Made by a program: the position numbers and the translations under genes
The notes under the pieces: generated by a model
Database searches by the model: none
What the model saw: only the letters and a program-made list of their open reading frames with translations
What the model was told of the DNA's origin: nothing
In this document: positions 58,965-64,000 of the stretch, piece by piece
Layout of the letters: each line of letters begins with the position of its first letter
Numbering within the stretch: the first letter of the stretch is position 1
Source: an uncultured bacterium
Lineage (GTDB): Bacteria; Omnitrophota; Omnitrophia; Omnitrophales; Aquincolibacteriaceae
DNA length: 64,000 bases
Direction of reading: 5' to 3'
Assembly: GCA_964482725.1 (NCBI GenBank)
Contig: CAYZYT010000008.1
Coordinates: 3,255-67,254, forward strand

Positions 58965-59777
58965 ATGTCGGATTGGAATGATCTGAAACGGACTGTGTCG
59001 GTGCGGTCATGGCTGAAAGATTTCGGGACCGGTTGCCTGGACATCTTTCAAGGCGCTGGCGGCATTGCGCTTCTTTTTAGGGACGCCTGTGTTTTATTGA
59101 CCTCCAAAAAGATCCGTTGGAAGGCGACGCTCGACCAGATGAATAAGATCGGCGTCCAGTCGCTCCCCCTGGTTTTCCTTACGGCGTTCTTTACGGGCAT
59201 GGTCCTGGCCTTACAATCGGCTTATCAGTTAAAACTTTTTTCTGCGGAGAAATTTACGGCCGATCTGATCTCGGTTTCGCTTTGCCGTGAGCTCGGCCCG
59301 GTGCTGACGGCTATGGTGGTGGCGGGTCGGGTGGGGGCTTCCATTGCTGCGGAGCTTGGGACTATGAAGGTGACCGAGCAGATTGATGCTCTGAAGTCGC
59401 TTGCCATGAATCCTGTTCAATATCTTGTGGTTCCGAGGTTTATCGCGGCGTTGTTTATGCTTTTTTTGCTGACGATCTATGCGGATGTGATCGGAATGTT
59501 CGGGGGGTATCTGATCTCTGTTTTCAAGCTTGGGATGAGTTCTCATATGTACATCAAACGAGGGATCGATGCGTTGGTGGTCAAGGATGTCGTGACCGGT
59601 CTCATCAAGGCTTTTTTCTTTGGGGGGATCATTTCGGTCGTGGGATGTTATTTCGGGTTTACGGCTCGCGGAGGAGCCGAAGGCGTGGGGCGAGCCACCA
59701 CGCTCGCGGTCGTGGTTTCTCTTATCATGGTCATTGCTTCAGACGCTCTTTTTTCTGCGATCTTTTATTTTTTCTAA
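58965..59777 (+). CDS. mlaE: MlaE family lipid ABC permease
   Basis: IGVQSLP, RELGPVLTA, AELGTMKVTEQIDAL, GAEGVGRATT. Confidence 0.95.
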   Translation: MSDWNDLKRTVSVRSWLKDFGTGCLDIFQGAGGIALLFRDACVLLTSKKIRWKATLDQMNKIGVQSLPLVFLTAFFTGMVLALQSAYQLKLFSAEKFTADLISVSLCRELGPVLTAMVVAGRVGASIAAELGTMKVTEQIDALKSLAMNPVQYLVVPRFIAALFMLFLLTIYADVIGMFGGYLISVFKLGMSSHMYIKRGIDALVVKDVVTGLIKAFFFGGIISVVGCYFGFTARGGAEGVGRATTLAVVVSLIMVIASDALFSAIFYFF

Positions 59778-59795
59778 ACGAAAGAACGGTACTTT

Positions 59796-60566
59796 GTGAT
59801 CAAGATCCAAGGCATTCACAAGTGGTTCGGACCGCATCATGTCTTGCGGGGGGTCGACCTGACCATCAAGGAAGGGGAGACGATCGTGATCATCGGTCGT
59901 TCGGGATGCGGGAAGAGCGTCCTTTTGAAACATATTATGGCGATTCTGGAGCCTGATGAAGGGGATATCCAGATCGACGGACGCTCCATGTTCTCCATGC
60001 TTCCGGACGAGCAGGATCAGTGCCGGTTGCAACTCGGGATGCTTTTTCAGGGGGCGGCTCTTTTTGATTCTCTGACGGTCCTGGAGAATGTCGGCTTTTC
60101 GCTTTTTGAACACACCCGTCTTACCGAAGAAGTGATCAGTCAAAAAGTTTTTGAGAAACTGCGCATGGTGGGGCTCGAAGGGATCGAGGATCTGATGCCG
60201 GCCAGCCTTTCAGGGGGCATGAAAAAAAGAGTGGGTTTGGCGCGGGCGATTTGCAATGAGCCGAAGATCATTCTTTACGATGAACCCACGACGGGCCTTG
60301 ATCCGATCAACGCGGATGTTATTAACGAGCTTATCTTGAGAATGCAGAAGCAACTCAAAGTGGTTTCGATCGTGGTGACCCACGACATGACAAGCGCGTA
60401 CAAAGTGGCGGACCGGATCGCCATGCTTTACGAAGGGCGGATCATTGGTATCGGAACACCCGAGGAGATCAGGAATTCCCCCGATCCGGTCATTCAGCAA
60501 TTCATTACCGGATCGGCGCGGGGCCCGATCACGGATAAGCAGCAAAAGGAGACGGAGTCATTATGA
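59796..60566 (+). CDS. mlaF: MlaF family ABC ATPase
   Basis: GRSGCGKS, FQGAALFDSL, LSGGMKKR, YDEPTTGLDP. Confidence 0.95.
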   Translation: MIKIQGIHKWFGPHHVLRGVDLTIKEGETIVIIGRSGCGKSVLLKHIMAILEPDEGDIQIDGRSMFSMLPDEQDQCRLQLGMLFQGAALFDSLTVLENVGFSLFEHTRLTEEVISQKVFEKLRMVGLEGIEDLMPASLSGGMKKRVGLARAICNEPKIILYDEPTTGLDPINADVINELILRMQKQLKVVSIVVTHDMTSAYKVADRIAMLYEGRIIGIGTPEEIRNSPDPVIQQFITGSARGPITDKQQKETESL

Positions 60567-61294
60567 AAAAGAAAAGTAATGAAGTTTCGGTGGGGGTTTT
60601 TGTAATCGTCGGATTCATCTTTTTGACGTTGGTGCTTTTTTTTGTCAGCGGGGTTTATTTGTTCCGTTCGGGATATGCCGTCGATGTGATGTTTAACTAT
60701 GTCAGCATTCTCAACAAGGGGGCGCCGGTACGTATGGCGGGGGTCCGGATCGGGGAAGTAAGCCAAGTGGACATTGTTTATGACGAAGTGAAGCAGAACA
60801 ATCGCGTGAAGGTCAAACTTTTCATTGAAAAGGGTGCGGAAATCAGAGAAAATTACGATTTCACGATACGGGGAACCCATGTTTTGAGCGAACCCCATGT
60901 GGAGATCTCGCCGAAACCCGGGACTTTTCCTCTGCTCCATAAAGGTGCCTTGGTGGAAGGCGTGCCTTTGGTTGCGGTGGAAGAACTGATCGACCGGGCC
61001 CATGAGGTCCTGAACAATCTTTCGTCTCTGACCGGTGAGTTGAATACTTCTTTCAAGACTTCGGACGGAGATTTGCATCAAAGTCTCAAGAATATCGAGG
61101 CCTCAAGCGCTTCCTTGAGCAATATTCTTGGGAAAGTCGAAAAAGGGGACGGGACGCTCGGAAAGCTTTTGGTGGAGGACGACCTTTACGAGGAGATGAA
61201 TGCGTTCGCGAAGGATGTCCGGGAGCATCCCTGGAAGCTTATCCGTAAGAGTTCTCAACATAAGAGGAAGTGGTACTTTCTCTATCTAGCATAA
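60563..61294 (+). CDS. mlaD: MlaD/MCE-domain protein
   Basis: TM, GAPVRMAGVRIGEV, GDGTLGKLL. Confidence 0.92.
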   Translation: MKKKSNEVSVGVFVIVGFIFLTLVLFFVSGVYLFRSGYAVDVMFNYVSILNKGAPVRMAGVRIGEVSQVDIVYDEVKQNNRVKVKLFIEKGAEIRENYDFTIRGTHVLSEPHVEISPKPGTFPLLHKGALVEGVPLVAVEELIDRAHEVLNNLSSLTGELNTSFKTSDGDLHQSLKNIEASSASLSNILGKVEKGDGTLGKLLVEDDLYEEMNAFAKDVREHPWKLIRKSSQHKRKWYFLYLA

Positions 61295-61366
61295 CTGATT
61301 CATAAAAACCAGCGAAGGCTGTCCTTCCTTGGATTAACTTTTCATACCAGTATTACCAAAGGAGCT

Positions 61367-62536
61367 TTGATCATGATAATTTTTATACGGTTTCTTTTTC
61401 TTCTCGGGTGCGCCGCATTTGGCTACTTCGCTCCATTTCAGTCTCTGGTGGAACTTCCCATTGCGCACAGCGATTGGATCTCTGCCGTGGTCTGGGTTTT
61501 GGGAGGTGCGGTCATCATTCTGCTCGACATCTTTTTCAAGCAGCACACGGTTCGGAACATTCTCGCAGTGATCCTCGGATTGGCACTGGGACTTGTGACC
61601 CACAAGCTTTTTATGACGGTGGTGGGCTACGCACATTTTTCCGCGGATTTGAGTAATAAATTCGGCGTTCTCACGGCGATCATTTTTTCCTACCTTGGCA
61701 TCATTACGATCCTTCGAGGACAAGACGAATTCAGTTTGATGATCCCGTTCGTGCATCTGGATTCCAAAGGTCCGGGTGAGGAAATGATCCTTTTGGATAC
61801 AAGTGTGATCATTGATGGCCGCATCGCAGATATCGCTAATACGCATTTCCTCTCCAGTAAGCTGATCCTTCCGCGCTTTGTTTTAAAGGAGCTGCAGTTG
61901 ATCGCCGATTCGTCGGATCCGCTGAAGCGTGCTCGCGGACGTCGCGGCCTTGATGTCCTGAACGCGATCCAGTCCAATCCGAATATCACGGTCAAGATCC
62001 ATGAGCTGGATTTTCCGGAATTCAACACCGTAGATGCGAAGCTGGTCAAAATGGGCCAGGTGCTTCAGGCCAAGGTTTTTACGAATGATTACAACCTGAA
62101 TAAGGTTGCCGAATTGCAGGGAGTGAAAGTTCTTAATATCAATGATCTCGCGAATGCTCTCAAACCCGTTGTCATGCCGGGGGAAGAGATGGAGATCAAG
62201 ATCCTCAAAGAAGGCAAGGAGCATGAGCAAGGCGTGGCGTATCTCGACGACGGGACGATGGTTGTCGTGGATAACGGCAAACGACGTTTGGGCCATTCGG
62301 TGAAGGTCACGATCACCAGCGTGCTTCAGACCCAGGCCGGGCGCATGATCTTTGCAAAACTTTCTGATGATAATGGTCACCATCCGGATCGCGGTGCAGA
62401 GCGCTGGCGTGATAGCCGGGGTGGTCAAGGAGCTGATGCCCGCCGTCCGAGGAACGGGCATGACCGGCCGATCCATCAGGCTTATCAGAATCCACCGAAC
62501 CCGCATAGCTCCCAGATGCACGAGGGAGGGAGATAG
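61367..62536 (+). CDS. Membrane PIN/TRAM-domain protein (YacL-like)
   Basis: TM helices, [48 protein letters not shown]. Confidence 0.93.
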   Translation: MIMIIFIRFLFLLGCAAFGYFAPFQSLVELPIAHSDWISAVVWVLGGAVIILLDIFFKQHTVRNILAVILGLALGLVTHKLFMTVVGYAHFSADLSNKFGVLTAIIFSYLGIITILRGQDEFSLMIPFVHLDSKGPGEEMILLDTSVIIDGRIADIANTHFLSSKLILPRFVLKELQLIADSSDPLKRARGRRGLDVLNAIQSNPNITVKIHELDFPEFNTVDAKLVKMGQVLQAKVFTNDYNLNKVAELQGVKVLNINDLANALKPVVMPGEEMEIKILKEGKEHEQGVAYLDDGTMVVVDNGKRRLGHSVKVTITSVLQTQAGRMIFAKLSDDNGHHPDRGAERWRDSRGGQGADARRPRNGHDRPIHQAYQNPPNPHSSQMHEGGR

Positions 62537-62559
62537 GGCCTGCCCCGCTAGAAATTCCA

Positions 62560-63804
62560 ATGCGAGTCTCCCTCATCATTCCAGCCGCCGGGCTCGGTAG
62601 CCGTTTTCAACAAAGCCTGATTCGTTCTGACAAGGCGGTCGCACTGGGCCGTCTTGGGAACCCGGCGAGCCACGCCGGATTACACGTGGGCCATTCCAAG
62701 CTTTTCTATCAGCTGAATGGAGAGCCTGTGCTTCTCAGGACACTGCGGGCGTTCAACGAGATTCCCGAGATCTGTGAGACGATCGTCGCTCTCAGTCCTG
62801 AAATGCGGCCGGAAGTCAAGGGGTGGAAGTGCTTACTCAAAGGATCGAAGGTCCGCTGGATTTTAGGCGGCATGACCCGTGCCGAGTCGGTATGGAACGC
62901 ACTAAAAAAAACTTCCCCGCGCTCCGACTGGATTATGGTGCATGACGGTGCGAGGCCGCTTGTTACGTCTCAGGCGGTTCGACAGGTTCTGAAAGCCAGT
63001 CAAGGTTGGGATGGCGTGATCCTGGCCCGTAAAGTGGTGCCGACCATCAAGCGTGTGTTAACGGGGGATGGGCATGTTCGTGAGACTGTGGATCGCAGCT
63101 CTCTTTATGAGGCCGAGACGCCGCAGCTTGTGAGGCGTGAGGTGCTTTTAAAGGCCTATCGGCAGAATCCCAAAGCGTTTGAGGCGACCGACGAAGCCGG
63201 TCTTTTGGAAGCGATCGGCGCTCGCGTGCGCGTGGTGTCACACGAGGGTTGGAACCCGAAACTCACCATCATGACAGATCTGAATCTTGCTAAAGCTATG
63301 ACGGAAAAGAACAGCGCTCCCGAAACGCGTGTGGGCATCGGCTTTGACACGCACCGGCTGGTCAAGGATCGTAAACTCTATCTCGGCGGCATCGTGATCC
63401 CCTCACCGAAGGGCTCTCTCGGGCACTCCGATGGGGATGCCCTCCTGCATGCCATTACGGATGCGATCCTGGGGGCGATCGGGGCTGGGGATATCGGCGA
63501 ATGGTTTTCGGATCGCGATCCAAAATTTAAAAATATCCGCAGCCCAAAGATCCTTGGGGCCATTCTCTCTGAAGCGAAGCGGCAAGGTTGGCAACCTTAT
63601 CACGCGGATACGAACATTATTCTGGAATCCCCGAAGCTCTACGCTTATAAAGCCAAGATCCGCAAGAGTGTCGCAAAATGTCTCGAACTTCCTGAAAAGG
63701 ACGTTTCCATCAAGGCTCGCACCCGGGAAGGGCTTGGCCCTGAAGGCGAAGGTCTGGCCGTGACCTGCCAGGCTGTGGTCAGTATGAGAAAAGTGAATTT
63801 GTGA
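62560..63804 (+). CDS. ispDF: Bifunctional IspD/IspF
   Basis: [25 protein letters not shown]; then GIGFDTH, GHSDGD, GDIG, SIKART. Confidence 0.95.
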   Translation: MRVSLIIPAAGLGSRFQQSLIRSDKAVALGRLGNPASHAGLHVGHSKLFYQLNGEPVLLRTLRAFNEIPEICETIVALSPEMRPEVKGWKCLLKGSKVRWILGGMTRAESVWNALKKTSPRSDWIMVHDGARPLVTSQAVRQVLKASQGWDGVILARKVVPTIKRVLTGDGHVRETVDRSSLYEAETPQLVRREVLLKAYRQNPKAFEATDEAGLLEAIGARVRVVSHEGWNPKLTIMTDLNLAKAMTEKNSAPETRVGIGFDTHRLVKDRKLYLGGIVIPSPKGSLGHSDGDALLHAITDAILGAIGAGDIGEWFSDRDPKFKNIRSPKILGAILSEAKRQGWQPYHADTNIILESPKLYAYKAKIRKSVAKCLELPEKDVSIKARTREGLGPEGEGLAVTCQAVVSMRKVNL

Positions 63805-64000
63805 TCCAATTCCATAACACCCTTTCGGGAAAACTCGAAGAATTCAAACCCCTTAACGCCGGCGACGTGACGTTCTACGCCTGCGGTCCTACGGTCTATC
63901 ATTACGCTCATATCGGCAATTTCAGGACCTTTGTGTTCGAGGATCTCTTGCGCAGGTTCCTGGAGTACAAAGGTTTCAAGGTCCGGCACGTGATGAATAT
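63801..64000 (+). CDS. cysS: Cysteine--tRNA ligase, 3'-truncated by the window
   Basis: GTG start overlapping the ispDF stop; reads [32 protein letters not shown]. Confidence 0.95.
   Translation, partial: MIQFHNTLSGKLEEFKPLNAGDVTFYACGPTVYHYAHIGNFRTFVFEDLLRRFLEYKGFKVRHVMN

Overview
A GC-rich chromosomal segment from a diderm bacterium. Gene content and order suggest a PVC-group organism such as Candidatus Omnitrophota (inference only). The left edge holds the 3' part of a giant modular protein (>1950 aa, frame open to the window edge). Its unrelated enzyme-like domains (MBL hydrolase, CheD-like Cys/His domain, sigma-70 region-4 HTH, class-I nucleotidyltransferase) are separated by a recurring R-S-E-x-R linker. 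Next come metH, a beta-CA/SPT-like/SDR/pckG block and a divergent ALDH-STAS-STAS-SBP-SpoIIE/RsbW-porin block. An integrase-less islet sits at tRNA-His, bordered by a 37-bp att duplication, and three identical 117-bp structured elements ending in the tRNA 3' end lie in or beside it. Further right are prfB (+1 frameshift), SPFH, secA, lnt, a type II FAS/PKS-like lipid cluster with a catalytically dead KS partner, a REC-GGDEF pseudogene, a second HK/RR pair, and the run lysS-lolE-lolD-ilvE-mcsA-mcsB-DUF4139-clpC-AsmA-like-mlaEFD-PIN/TRAM-ispDF-cysS. Intergenic DNA is rich in structured repeats: a covarying ~90-115-nt leader element upstream of three unrelated genes, and pairs of inverted-microsatellite hairpins that bracket single genes or gene blocks. 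All calls come from motifs read by eye; no searches were run.
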